In this document: positions 40,346 to 53,207 of the stretch, in pieces | How positions within the stretch are numbered: the stretch's first letter is position 1 | Layout of the letters: each line of letters opens with the position of its first letter | Source of the DNA: Octopus vulgaris | Taxonomy: Eukaryota | Length of the DNA stretch: 64,000 nucleotides | Direction of reading: 5' to 3' | NCBI GenBank assembly: GCA_951406725.2 | Contig: OX597828.1 | Coordinates: 69,936,001-70,000,000, forward strand | Made by a program: the position numbers and the translations under genes | Notes under the pieces: model-generated | The model's input: only the letters and a program-made list of their open reading frames with translations | Told to the model about the DNA's origin: nothing | Database searches by the model: none

Positions 40346-40797
40346 ATTTCTCCGATGTGTATTGTGGCCATGAAAGTATAATCGGTTTTTGAAGTGGGTT
40401 TTTTTTTTATAATAGAAAGCAGTTTATAACAAATAAAAAGAAAATACAAAAGTACGAAAAAACTATTGAAAATAAGATTAAGAAATTAATCTTAATTAAC
40501 TTCATTTATATTTATAATTAAAATCATTCTCTGACCTAATTTGTGCAGACATTCTGTTATATAGGTTTACGCATGGCTGTTTGATTAGGAATTATAGTTC
40601 GTAAAGATGAAGTCTTAGGATCGACCCCACTCGGCGGAACATGGAGCAATTTTCTTGTTTTATGGTTTCGGATTAACCAAAACTTGTACGTATCTTATGC
40701 ATGCGTGTATAAGTGTCTATGCACGTACGTATGTGTGTGTGTCTGTGTGTGAAAGGATAGATGGCTGGATGCATATCGTTATATATATATATATATA

Positions 40798-41887
40798 CCC
40801 TGGGCCAGGAATACTAAAACAAAAGATAAGTCCTCCGAAAAGGAGAACCAAATTTCACCACGGCCGCTACTTCAAACAGACACTCACTCTGACGGAAATA
40901 TGCCTTAGTAAAAAAGGAAAAAAATTCTTTCGTGCAAATCTGACCCTGATACATACGATACAGCTAAGGGTCAGACCCGATTCTGATTGGTCAACAAGTT
41001 GATGACGTCTAGCTCTGCTAGAATGGACAGGATACAAACAGGGGACAGTCATTAGTCAGAATATTGATGACGTCCTTTTCTGCTTGAATAGTCACCTAAC
41101 AAGTACAGACAGGGGGCAGATCTAATGTAGCTATAAGTCGTGATTGGGCAGAATCTGGATGACGTCCCGCTCTGCTTGACTAACGAAGCGACTGGTCAAA
41201 ACAGGAAACAAACAAGAGGCAGATATAATGCATCGAGTGGTCAAAATAATGATGACGTCCCGTTCTACTTGACTAACGAAGCGACTGGTCAAAACAGGAA
41301 ACAAACAAGAGGGAGTTATAATGCAGCGATTGGTCAAAATAATGATGACGTCCCGTTCTACTTGATTAAAGCCACCTAACGAAACGATTGGTCAAAACAT
41401 TGATGACGTCACGCTACGCTAGATTGACCACCTAACAGGCATTATAAAACCGAGCATTTCACAAAAACTCACTAGAACCACCCAGTGAACTTCCACCATG
41501 GGTCATCACAATTGCTTAAGGTAAAAATGAATTCCTCGCTCTTTCGGAAACATCAATCTTCTGTATTGACCGCTTTCCACCACTTTGATCTGTTTTTTGT
41601 ATTGAATACGTATCGCCACCGTGGGCCACTGCATCGAACACTTTGAACATATACTTCAAACTATATATCAACTATACATGAACTATATATCAACTATACA
41701 TGAACTCTAAGATGTCTGACTCCGTTGTGTATTATAAATGAATTTCTTGTGTTTGACGGCATGAGCTGTCTTTTTTTATATATAACTTTTTTTGATAAGG
41801 TTCATTTCAGGAACTGAAACATGTTATAATGTATATATAAAAATTAAAAATTGTATAATACAGCAGCATTTTCGAACTTCATTTTTT

Positions 41888-41890
<3 letters not shown>
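40798..41890 (+). mobile_element. Probable PLE 3' end/pLTR insert between (TA)n tracts
   Basis: TA tracts on both sides, an internal tandem array, promoter-like motifs, and a degenerate HHR TTGATAA GGTTC..GAACT GAAAC AT GTT at 41792-41828. Confidence 0.55.
40985..41526 (+). promoter_or_regulatory. Six ATTGG-N12-TGACGTC modules followed by TATA, Inr-like, Kozak ATG and splice-donor-like motifs
   Basis: TGACGTC at 41003, 41068, 41160, 41253, 41346 and 41404 (the last is a perfect TGACGTCA). TATAAAA 41443-41449, TCACT with A at 41471, CCACCATGG with ATG at 41498, AAG|GTAAAA at 41521. Confidence 0.55.
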
Positions 41891-41951
<61 letters not shown>

Positions 41952-42049
41952 GTGTGTATGTATGTATGTATGCATGTATGTATGTATGTATGTATGTATG
42001 TATGTATGTATGTATGTATGTATGTATGTATGTATGTATGTATGTTGCT

Positions 42050-42515
42050 AAGTTGTGGAGTTATGTCTGACACCCGTTGTCATTCGTGGGTCGGATCCAG
42101 CCATAAGTTGAGTCCCTTGTGAAAACTGTCACTCCGCCATTTTGTAGCCTGAAAGGGCAGGCAGCTTTTATCTGTTGGGTGGCCTTGGCGAAAGAGGTGG
42201 TATGGTGGACCAGTTTGAAACGGCTGAAGACAGACACCTTCCCCTTTGCTCATGACCTCATCAATTAAGGATGGAGAAAGAAGTGCTGTTTCCCATCAAA
42301 TTCGTTGAACGGTGGATGAGAGTGATAAACGTGGCCCAAGAGAATGAACTTATTCTCAGTAAGCACTTGTAGATTGAAAGATGATAGGAAAAAAAGGCAC
42401 TCGTTTTAGTGGTCAGGGTGACCGTGGTTTTGTGGAGTTCCCACAAATAGCCTTCGAGATCATCCCTTTTTTGGTAAATTAGTCTATATTGTCCTCGCAT
42501 GTCCTTTGTGTTTTC
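42050..42515 (+). mobile_element. L1/Tx1-like ORF2 3' end and UTR relic (tentative)
   Basis: FICWVALAKEVVWWTSLKRLKTDTF..LIN / RMEKEVLFPIKFVERWMRVINVAQENELILSKHL*. Confidence 0.55.
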
Positions 42516-42679
42516 GTCATTTCTTGATGGTTAATTACGAAAGTATTATTTTAAGATTGCTACAATAGTTAAAACGTTGAAAGGTTAAAGCCGTTCATGT
42601 TACCGTTTCAAGCTTCGCCCTTCAATTTTTCCGGAGTGGATTGAATAAAGTTCCAATCAAAATATCGCGTCTATAGTAT

Positions 42680-42850
42680 TCTTTTCTACTCGAGGCACAA
42701 GGCCCGAAATTTTGGGGGTGGGTGCCAGTCGATTATATCGACCCTAATACGCAACTGGTATTTAATTTAACAACCCCCGAAAGGATGAAAGGCAAAGTTG
42801 ACCTCGGCGGAACTTGAACTCAGAACGTAAAGACAGATGAAATACCGCTA
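42680..42850 (-). mobile_element. SINE B (alternative tail), head-less
   Basis: TTCTTTTCTACTCGAGGCACAAGGCCCGAAATTT tail plus core. Confidence 0.85.
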
Positions 42851-42896
42851 TCACCACCACTACCACCATCATCATCATCATCATCATTATTATTAA

Positions 42897-43100
42897 GACT
42901 GCGAGCTGGTAGAGTTGTTAGCATGCCGGGCAAATGTTTAGCGACATTTCGCCCGTCGTTACTTTCTGAGCTCAAAATTCCGCCCAGGTCAAATTTGCCT
43001 TTCGGGGTCGATAAAATAAGAAGCAGATGAGCAACGGGGACGATGTAATCGACTTACCCTGCTCCCCGGAACTACTGGCCTTGTGCCAAAATTGGAAACC
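42897..43100 (+). mobile_element. SINE B, degenerate
   Basis: GCGAGCTGGTAGAGTTGTTAGCATGCCGGGC..TTTCGGGGTCGATAAAATAAG. Confidence 0.8.
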
Positions 43101-43599
43101 ATCGTCGCCGTCGTCATCGTCGTTGTTTTTGTATCCAGCTGGAGACTACAAGTCATCGATTCAGTCACAATATTGCTTTAAGACTTGCACAAAATAATTA
43201 CGAGACCAAACTAATCGACCGACCGCCATGACTGAAGGATAAGCTCAAACAATAATCCAGCCGATGTTTTCTTTTCTAAGTACTATTTACGTTGACGCCA
43301 GTTGTGAAAGCTGTGCTGTAAGTGTGGCGTGGTGTGTTGTGGTGGTAATTTGGCGATGCGGGTTCGGCTCAGAATCCATCGTTTAATCCGGGGGGAAGAG
43401 ACATACAGCAACTGACACTCCTTACATACGTTCTCGGGTAGCAGAGTCGGGTGGGATCTTTTAGCTTGGACTTGCAGAAGTTTATTTTTGGAGGCAACAT
43501 GTGAATATGTTCCTGGAGAGGAATTTCACTGACAGGGGTGAGGATTAGTGTGGAGAGAGGTGGGGTGTAAATTAAGTGGATCAAAAGAGCGAGTGAGGG

Positions 43600-43880
43600 T
43601 CGTTGCCTTGGCGAATGGGCGTTTCGCTCATAATCGCAAGGACGTGGTTTCGACTCCCTGACTGGATGGCAGCGTTGTGTTCTTGGGCAAGACACTTCTT
43701 TTCACGGTGCTTTGCAATCACTTCGACATCTGATTTGTAGTCGACCGTGCACCTGCACAGGTAATGTCGATCAAATGGAGGAGCCGAGCTAAGGTATAGA
43801 ACAAACAATTGATCACAATAAACAAACCGTCTGCGCAGGTTTTCGGCAAGAGTTTGAAGAACCCTCACATGTCGTCAGCG
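43600..43880 (+). mobile_element. tRNA-derived SINE (family D), degenerate
   Basis: GGTTTCGACTCCC B-box, then GTTGTGTTCTTGGGCAAGACACTT core. Confidence 0.6.
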
Positions 43881-43940
43881 ATACGAGAGTACACAAAACA
43901 GCGAGTGTACTGAGGGTATTGGGGTTATTTATTTATTTAG

Positions 43941-44177
43941 GGCTGCGAGCTGGCAGAACCGTTAGCACGCCGGGCGAAATGCGTAGCCGTATTTCGTCTG
44001 CCGTTACGTTCTGAGTTCAAATTCCGCCGAGGTCGACTTTGCCTTTCATCCTTTCGAGGTCGATAAATTAAGTACCAGTTACGCACTGGGGTCGATATAA
44101 TCGACTTAATCCGTTTGCCTGTCCTTGTTTGTCCCCCTCTGTGTTTAGCCCCTTGTGGGTAGTAAAGAAATAGGTAT
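43941..44177 (+). mobile_element. SINE B monomer with TSD GGTATTGGGGTTATTT
   Basis: Repeat at 43915-43930 and 44173-44188. Confidence 0.93.
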
Positions 44178-44351
44178 TGGGGTTATTTCCCTTGATTATT
44201 GTTTTTTAGATTTTAAGTATCGCTAAAATGAATATTTTTAAATTTCTAATTGCAGTGAGTTTGATATGCAGAACTCTCTACAAAGGTACTTTTCTCAGCC
44301 ATACTGTGTGAGCAAGCGTGTGCGTGTGTGTGTATACATACATACACATTT

Positions 44352-44432
<81 letters not shown>

Positions 44433-44616
44433 TGTATGTATATATATACATACATATGTGTATGTATGTTTTTATTTTTGTTTTTCTTTGCATCTGATAT
44501 TTGTTATTGGTCTTCTATAATAATGAAGCTGTATCCCTTAATTTATTGCTTTTGCATACAAATGCCGAGAAGAAATCTTGCGGAACATGCGTTGTTTTAA
44601 TGAGATACATCTTGTA

Positions 44617-44722
44617 ATCACCTGAGGAGACACATCTACACCGACGGATACACCTACTCCAGATGTTCAGTACCCCACTCGTGAGAATTCGATGCTGGAT
44701 GGGTCGAAACAATTGTAGTGAT
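44617..44722 (+). ncRNA. Type I hammerhead ribozyme, canonical core
   Basis: atcac CTGAGGA GAC..GTC GAAA caatt GTA gtgat. Stem I 5 bp, palindromic ACAATTGT, GUA at 44715-44717, AATAAA at 44724. Confidence 0.8.
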
Positions 44723-45002
44723 CAATAAACTTTCTCGTATCTTCCATCTTCCGTCTCACTCATTAATCAAATATAGATAGGGAGTAGGTAGGTAGGTAGA
44801 TAGATAGACAGACAGACAGACAGATACAAACATACGTACATATTATATATATACATTCATGCATACATATATACGTATACAAGCTCATTCTTTACACATT
44901 TTGTATATGCCTAAAATCTATATAAGGCTGGAGTAAAGATAGAACGACCGTTGTGCTAATGACGCCTATTAAGGGAGCAACAGCTGTCCACAATCGTCCT
45001 TT

Positions 45003-45500
45003 TGACTTGACTTGAGACAGCATTCACCCGGGGTGGGTTGAGCTGGCTTCATTCATCCTCAATGCTGCATCTCTCACAAACGCCGACCAGACCTGGCGAT
45101 TTGAGGATAACGACCGCGTGATCTCCAACCACTCCTTATTCCAGCAGCGAAAGCCATAGATATGGGGGCCTAGGTTGGGTTCCAGATCAGCCTTGACTGT
45201 CATCAGCCAGGTTTTTCGTTGTCCACCACATCGTTTTCCTCCAACCCTGAAGGGGAGCTGGGGCAATTGCTTCGTAGATGAATTCTCCTGGTTGACGACG
45301 GAGGGCATGACCCAACCAACGCAGACGTCTCGTTAGGATGACTTGTCGGAGGGAGGTGATTCTGCACTGGTGTCGCACCGAATTGTTGGAGACAAAGTGA
45401 TGCCAGCGGACACGAAGGATGCGGCGTAGACAGAGGTGATGGAAGGATTCTAGTCACTTAATATCTTCCACCCTCATTGGCCATGACTCGCTGCCGTGTC
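45003..45500 (-). mobile_element. RTE-clade LINE 3' fragment
   Basis: HGSESWPMRVEDIK*LESFHHLCLRRILRVRW..RRLRWLGHALRR..GGQRKTW, with a (CAAGT)n tail at about 45003-45015. Confidence 0.9.
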
Positions 45501-45804
45501 TCTTCGTCCTCGTGTCTCCCGAATTACACAATCTTTTTTAATGATAAGTCATTTCTGAATAATACTTGATTCCTGATACAATTTTCCCCCCTCACCAGAG
45601 TCGGCTGGAATAATAAATCCATTGGGTATTTCTTTATCTTCTCCCAACGTGAAGATAATTTCAGTAAATTAACAAATTATCTTGTATGCCAACCATATTG
45701 CACTGTGATGAGGAAAACGTAACAAAAACAAGATGAGGCAACAAATATTTATTAGATGAACTGATGGTGGAGGTGGAGGAGGGAGACATTCATTCTAAGC
45801 CAGA

Positions 45805-45945
45805 ATGGTACTATGTTTTACGGATCCTAGAGGGATGAAAGAGTTACGATGACCTCGGCGTGAATTGAACTCAGAACGTAAGGAAGCGAAAGAAATACCG
45901 ATTCACATTTTATCCGACGCGCTAACGATTCTTCCAGCTCGCTGA
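45805..45945 (-). mobile_element. SINE B, degenerate
   Basis: GACCTCGGCGTGAATTGAACTCAGAACGTA..CCAGCTCGC. Confidence 0.7.
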
Positions 45946-46215
45946 TTTAACACCACCACCAACAACAACAACAAAAGCAAAAACAACGACGATGACAACA
46001 ATAAAAACAAAAATAAGAAATGAAAAGGGCCGCTAATTTGAATCCCACAGGAACCGGTTTCTTTATGCAGTCGGTTATTGTCCCTTTTTCCGTCTACTCT
46101 ACCAACACGTTCCTCTTTTTAATTATTTGCGTGGACCAGTGCCCCTGTATTGAGATTTTTGATGGAAATGGCTAAAGCTGGCAAAGCATTATGTACTGGA
46201 ATCATATTAGACCTG

Positions 46216-46730
46216 AAGGCGCATGGCTCAGTGGTTAGAGCTTCAGGCTCACAATCATGAGGTAATGAGTTCAATTCCCAGACCAGGCCGTGTGTTGTGT
46301 ACTTGAGCAAGACACTTTACTTCACGTTGCTCCAGTTCACTCAGCTCTAGAAATGAGTTGCAACCTTATTGGTGCCAGGCTGTATCGGCCTTTGCCTTTC
46401 CTTTGGATAACCTGAATGGCATGGAGAGCGGAGGATGATTTGCATGGGCGATTGCTAGTCTTCCACAATAACAACCTTGCCTGGACTCGTGCCTCGTAGG
46501 GTAACTTTCTAAGTGCAATCCTATAGCGACCGAAGGGGGTCTTTATACTTTACCCTGCATGGCTCAGTGTTTAGAACACCGTATAACATCGGTGGCGTGG
46601 AGAAGAGAGGCTGGTATGCGTGGGCGACTGCTGGTCTTCCATAAACGTTACCCAGACTTGTGACTCAGAGGGTAACTTTCTAGGTGCAATCCCATGACCA
46701 TTCATGACCGAAGAAGAGTGTCTTTATCCT
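46216..46730 (+). mobile_element. tRNA-derived SINE (family C) with partial tandem second copy
   Basis: TGGCTCAGTGGT A-box, GAGTTCAATTCC B-box and CTTGAGCAAGACACTT core. The 3' part 46420-46545 is repeated at about 46595-46730. Confidence 0.8.
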
Positions 46731-47074
46731 TTTATTAGATCTTGTCACATCTTCAGTCACTTTTAAACTCACTGATAACACAAATGGTCGACTCATATTT
46801 TAATCTGGACAAATATCTATATATTTATCGATAGTAACATCTATTCCGAACTTTTAGATTATTTCCAATTTTATTTTGATAAAGTGACGCTTTCCCGAAA
46901 TATCATACAAGCAACCTGTACTGGATGATACAATATCTTATCTTTGTTTTTATTTATTAGCCTCGCCTAACATATTTTGTCTTAGCTTCTCAATTTATTT
47001 ACTTTAAAGCTCTTCGTTAAAATATTTCTCATGTTTCATTAAATATATTTTTAACTTTTACTTGTTTTATTGCA

Positions 47075-47475
47075 CTTTTGGCGCACAAACTTGATGGGAT
47101 TGGGTTTAGTTCAACAAATCGATCCTAGCACTTATTTTTAAAGCCTGCTACGTACTCTATCAGTTCTTTTGCCGAGCCGCTATACTGCGAAGACGTAAAC
47201 AAAACAACACCGATTATCAAGCGGTGTGGGAGGGAAACACAAATACATACAAGCACACACACACACACACGCTTGTATAATACTTACGGGGACACACACA
47301 CACACACACACAAGACTGGCTTCCATACAGTTTCCGCCTACCACATTCCATCACAGACTATTAGTCGTCCCGGGGCTATTGTAAAAGACACCTACCCAAG
47401 GGGCTACCCACTTAGAGTGAACCTAGAATCACGTGCTCGTAAAGTGACAATCTTAAACACATGGCCATATCTGCA
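47075..47475 (-). mobile_element. SINE family A, degenerate
   Basis: Similarity to other copies. Confidence 0.65.
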
Positions 47476-48245
47476 CCTATTTTTTTTTTTTATATATTCC
47501 TTTATTTATTTTGCTAGAAAACGTATTTTAAAATATAATCATTGTACGTCGCTTATATTATATTTCTAGGACAAATCGTGACCTCCGCTAACATTCCATG
47601 AGATCCTCTTGACAAACTTCACAAGTACATTCTTATAAATATAATAGATAGAACAGCCTTTTAATATTACGTGAACCAAATGCACCCTGGTTGCAGAAGA
47701 GAAAAAATAAGTCATGAAAAAGCGAAAGAAAATCTTCCTTGAAGAGAAAGCAATGTTTATTATACACAACAACGAACCGCATGTAAGAATATATTACAAA
47801 AAGAAAAAGGAAAAAAGTAAAAAAGGTGGTGAGAAATGCAAGACGACAAAAGAAGATTTGAAAGCTCTTTCATCAACACAAAACGACAAAAACTACAGGT
47901 TGAAGGAATGGACGTCACATGAACGATATTTAGTATAGAATGTAAACATGTGAAAGTATGAAACTTCACACACACAAACACACACACACACACACACTTG
48001 TACTCACGAACATATATATACATATATATATCTATCTCTCTATATATGTATGTATGTATGTATGTATTATGCATGCATATATATGTATGTATGTGTGTAT
48101 ATATATATATGTGTGTATATATACATACATATATATACATGCATACACACCCACTCCTACGTCTTATACATACTATGTATGTATGTATGTATGTATGTAT
48201 GTATGTATGTATGTATGTATGTATGCATTATGTATGTATGTATAA

Positions 48246-48397
48246 GTCGCAGGAGTGGGTGTGTGGTAAGTAGCTGGCTTACCAACCACACGCGTGGCAC
48301 CTTGGGCAAGTGTCTTTTATTCTAGCCCTGGTCCGACCAAAGCCTTGTGAGTGGATTTGGTAGACAGAAACTGAAAGAAGCCCGTCGTGTATATAGC

Positions 48398-48445
<48 letters not shown>

Positions 48446-48665
48446 GTGTGTGTGTTGGTGTGTCTGTGTTTGTCCAGCACCCACACCATCGCTTGACAAC
48501 CGATGTTGGTGTATTTACGTCCTCGTAACTAAGCGGTTCGGCAAAAGATGCCGATAGAATAAGTACTAAGCTTACAAAGAATAAGTCCTGGGGTCATTTG
48601 TTCGACTAACGGCGGTGCTCCTGCATGGCCGTAGTAAAATGACTGAAACAAACGAATAAAGAGAA
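48246..48665 (+). mobile_element. SINE family A
   Basis: Near-consensus copy with a small head deletion. Confidence 0.92.
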
Positions 48666-48689
48666 TATATATATATATATTTTTACAGT

Positions 48690-49038
48690 CTTTTAATTCT
48701 TTCAGTCATATGATTGCGGCCATGCTGGGGCACCATCTTGGAGGGTTTTATTCGAACAAATCGACACTAGGACTTTTTAAAAAACGTGTTACTTATTCTA
48801 TTGGTTCTCCTTTCTCAAACTGCTAAGTTACGGGGACGTAAACACACCAACACCGGTTGGTGGTGGGACAAACACAGTAGTGGTGGGGAACGAAGACATA
48901 CATAATTATACACGCATAGATATATAGATATAAACATATATATACGACAGGCTTCTTTCAGTTTCCGTCCACCAAATCCACTCACAAGGCTTTGGTCGGC
49001 CCAAGGCTATAGTAGATGACACTTGCCCAAGGTACCAC
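48690..49038 (-). mobile_element. SINE family A, head lost; tail-to-tail with the 48246 copy
   Basis: Reverse-complement similarity. Confidence 0.88.
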
Positions 49039-49110
49039 ATATATATGTATATCTATATGCATATCTATCTATCTAACTATCTATCTATCGATATATATAT
49101 ATATATATAT

Positions 49111-50948
49111 ACCAAAGCCTTCTACAAATTCGCGAAAGAGTCTGCCTCTGTGCACTACAAGAGAGGGCCATTGATTGAAGACGGTTCGCTAGCTGCAGAC
49201 TCCGAGAGGATAGGTGAATTATTAAATAAGCAATTCCAGATTGTCTTCACCCCTCCGCTGGGAAACTGGCAAGTGGGCGTACCCAAAGAGTTCTTCAACA
49301 CTCCAGACTTACATAGGAAAAAGGCAACCAACGATTACATCGACATAAAAGAGGAAAATGTAATATCGGCCAATGGTGAGGTGAGTTCAAACTCAGCAAC
49401 GGGCCCGGATTGCTTTTTGTTTGGTCTCCTAAAAACATGCAAGAAAGTGCTCGCAAAACCACTGCAGATACTTTTTCAGAATTTCCTTGCATGTGGAAAA
49501 TTTCCCAAACTGTTAAAAGAGGCTATCAAATGCCCTGTCCATAAAGGAGGAAGCAGAGCAGATGCTAAAAATTACAGGGCCATCTCTATAACTATAGATG
49601 TTAGCAAGTTCATGGAACGCATTGTCAAAAGGCGGCTGATCACATTCCTGAAAGAGAATAACTTGCTTACAAACACACAACATGGTTTCCGCCGCCCAGG
49701 GTGGAGCTGCCTCACACAGCTACTACAACATTATGATCGGGTACTGAAAGAAAAACAGATCAACTAGTCAAATGTGGATGTGATATATCTCGACTTTGCC
49801 AAGGTCTTTGACAAAGTCGATCGTGGGATGACATGTCACAAAAAATACGCGACTTTGGTGTCAGTGGAAAACTGGGAAAGTGGTTGCACGACTTTTTAAA
49901 AGACAGAAGTCAGGTAGTTGCAACGAAAGGTGTTCTCTCGAGGGAGGCATCAATCCGCAGCGGAGTTCCTCAGGGAGCTGTACTGGGACCACTACTGTTT
50001 GTAGTGGCTCTTTCAGACATACCGTCAGTCGTACAGTCAGCCAGTCTCACCAGATACGCTGATGATATAAAGGTATCTCAGGCGGTCAAGGACCTTGATG
50101 ACATAGAAAAACTGCAAAATGACCCGCATGCATTATATAAATGTGCTGATAAAAATAATATGCAGTTCCATGCAAAGTTTCAAGCACTCCACTATCGGCC
50201 TACTAACAGATTACAATCGGAATACATAGGACCAGGATGACCTGAGAATCTACACGATTAGTGATGCAACATTCCATGTACATATTGCCAAGATGGCAAC
50301 ACTGTGCAGGCGAGTAGCTGGATGGACCTTTAGGTTATTCAGAACCAGAAGTAAGGGTACCTTTGTCCTTAGTCGTCTGGATTATTGCTCCCAACTGTAG
50401 TTGTCACAGAGTGTCAAATTGGTGGCAGAACTTGAGGCAATCGAGCGCCACTACACAAAGAAGATTGACTCGGTGAAGCACATGGGTTATTGGGAGAGGC
50501 CACAAGAACTGAAGCTCTACACCTTGGAGAGAAGGTGAGAAAGGTATGCAGTGATATACATATGGAAGATCCTGGAAGGTCTGGCTCCAAACTTAGGAAT
50601 GAAAAGCTATTCCAACCACCGAACTGGACGGCACTGTAAAATACCAAAGATATCGTCTTCTTCGTCTCAGATAAAGACCCAGAATTGCAACAGATTGGAC
50701 TTCAGGGGTCCACAACTGTTTAGCATCCTGCCAAGGAACGTCGGAGATCACCAAAGTGTAGATGTGGAAACGTTCAAAAAGCACAAATCTGAATTCCCAA
50801 ATGAGCGCACATCGCGGAAGGGAGCACAACGAAGAGCAGCTTCATCCAACTCGCTTCTTCACCGAAAGGAGACCCCCAAAATACTGAAAAGCAGTTCTTT
50901 AGCATGGGCCCTAGCCTCTGGCTTGAACCATTAAAAGAATAAAAGAAA
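49111..50948 (+). mobile_element. 5'-truncated CR1-group LINE, RT pseudogene
   Basis: SATGPD, PVHKGG, NYRAIS, QHGFR, DVIYLDFAKVFDKV, SGVPQGAVLGP, YADD and LYTLERR. Multiple stops and frameshifts. (TAAAAGAA)n tail. Starts in (TA)n. Confidence 0.95.
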
Positions 50949-51363
50949 GCACACACACACACACACACGTATATATATATATATATATATACCTGTATGT
51001 ATGTATTCTTTTATACTTTTATACGCTTCAGCCTTAAGGCTTAAGTGTGTGTGTGTGTGTGTCTGTGTGTGTGTGCGCGCGCTTCACGAAAGTACGTTTA
51101 GCAATTAGTACCATTCTATCGAGGTGTCAATGTCAACGACCCAGTTTCAATTCACAACCGGATCTCTTTTGTATTCGCTTTCAAAAGCGGATTCTTCTTT
51201 TATATACGGTTTTTTTTCATGTTTTGTAAGAATACAAAATGTACACAAACGCTCCTGTCCCCCACCCCACACAAACACTGATATGCATGCTTATTTTGTG
51301 CACAAAATACCGGTCTATACAATTTCTTGAATATTGTATGTGTGCATATATATATATATGTAT

Positions 51364-51396
<33 letters not shown>

Positions 51397-51408
51397 TGCC
51401 TAACCCTT

Positions 51409-51485
<77 letters not shown>

Positions 51486-51747
51486 GCACACATATGACTG
51501 CGTATTTGTATAATGTCTGATCCTGCATCAATTGAAAGAACTGGCCTTGGCTTACATTTCTCGTTGCCTCCAGCCGCACTTTACGTTAAACTTTTAAAGT
51601 ACCTGTTGAATATGCGTCCATTTCCCTTGGAGTGCTCTGTTGACCAAAACGTCGAAATACTCATTTACAGACAACAGCAGAAGAGTCATGCGTATGTACA
51701 TATGGGTGGGTACGCGTGTGTGTGTGTGTGTGCGGTAGATAGAGGTC

Positions 51748-52220
51748 AGCATAGCTGTGGAGTTAAGAAGCTTGCATGATAACCACATAGCTTTGGGTTC
51801 GATACCAGTGTATAACCTCTTGGGCGAGTTTCTTCCTACTATAGGCCTGGGACGACCAACGCCTTACGATTGAATCTAGTAGACGGAAACTGTAAAGAAG
51901 CCCGTCCTATATCTATATGTGTGTATGTATGAGTAAGTGTTGTGAGATTACGCGCGCGTGTGTGTGAGATTGTGCGTGTCTGTGTGTGTTGTGTGTGTGT
52001 GTGAGAGTGTGAGTGTGCGAGTGTCTGTGTTGTGTTTGCCTCCCTCACCACCATCGCAAGACAAACAACGTTAGTTTGTTTACATCTCTGCAATCGAAAG
52101 AATAAGCACCAGGCTTTTTGAAAAAAAAGTACAGGTGTCCGTTTGTTCGACTAAATCATTCAAAGTGTTGCTCCAGCATGGCCGCAGGGTGATGGCTGAA
52201 ATAAGTAAAAGGATAAAAGA
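51748..52220 (+). mobile_element. SINE family A, degenerate
   Basis: Head, core and tail are recognisable. Confidence 0.8.
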
Positions 52221-52339
52221 TGCACCATATTTTATTGGCTTATAAAAATCTCCCTTTGTTTGAGTCGGGTTTTTCTTGGATCACCATAAGCTAGAAACAC
52301 AAACTTTGGCTTTGTTATTAAAGCTTGCAGAACATTTCA

Positions 52340-52372
<33 letters not shown>

Positions 52373-52511
52373 TTGTGTGTGTGTAGGTATTTATGCATAA
52401 TTTGTGTTACCTTTCCGGAACCCAAGGTTTCCTACTGACGAAAATCAGTGTATGTTCAACCTGAATGCAAATCAGAAATGACACTCTGCTATTGTATGTG
52501 TGTGTTTGTGT

Positions 52512-52585
<74 letters not shown>

Positions 52586-52601
52586 ATGTGTGCGTGTGTA
52601 T

Positions 52602-52830
52602 GAATATATCTGTAAAAGTAATATGTGACAATTATTCGGTAGCCAAGATAAAACTCTGAGTTTCGGATGCCAAGGTGGAAATCCACGCCACCATCTCTTC
52701 AGTTATCCGGCCATCGGAAAAACGCTATGAATAATTGTCACATATTACTTTTACAGATAAATTCCTCTATTTACATAATATTGAGGTCTCTTTCTTTCTT
52801 TTGTTATCTTACCGTTTTTATCAATATATA
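52602..52830. mobile_element. Mini fold-back PLE-like insert: 36-bp inverted repeat enclosing an HHR
   Basis: 52602-52637 and 52729-52764 match at 35/36. Single-copy tail to about 52830, then (TA)n. Confidence 0.75.
52647..52707 (-). ncRNA. Type I hammerhead ribozyme, near-canonical
   Basis: Minus strand gataa CTGAAGA GATG..CATC C GAAA ctcaga GTT ttatc. Stem I 5 bp; stem II is offset by one base. Confidence 0.65.
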
Positions 52831-52857
52831 TGAATATATACATATATATATATATAT

Positions 52858-53066
52858 AGTTAATCCAAACAAGAAAACACAGAAAAAACACAGCAACGCG
52901 AGGACGTGGAGCAATTAAAGTATTATTTGGCGCTCAGGAAAGAAGGGAAGGAGGGTTTAACGTTTCGAGCGGAGCTCTTCGTCGGAAACAAAGGAGAAGG
53001 AAAGATCCCGAGAAGGGAAGGCAGAGGAAAAAAATATTTTTGCTGGTGGTGCTCAAGAGATCACAT
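52858..53066 (-). mobile_element. PLE pLTR-like fragment with minimal HHR-like motif (52955-52989)
   Basis: Minus strand gttt CCGACGA A GAGC tcc GCTC GAAAC GTT aaac. Abuts (TA)n. Homologous to 54448-54660. Confidence 0.7.
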
Positions 53067-53090
53067 GTTTGTGTGTGTGTGTGTGTGTGC

Positions 53091-53207
<117 letters not shown>

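Noticed and set aside
40985-41411. Repeat/spacer-like array
   Set aside because: The inter-motif segments are homologous to each other, so this is a tandem repeat and not a CRISPR array.
46216-46290. tRNA gene candidates (also about 54200-54274, 11295-11365 and 35200-35260)
   Set aside because: A/B boxes are present, but I see no complete cloverleaf; most continue into SINE bodies.
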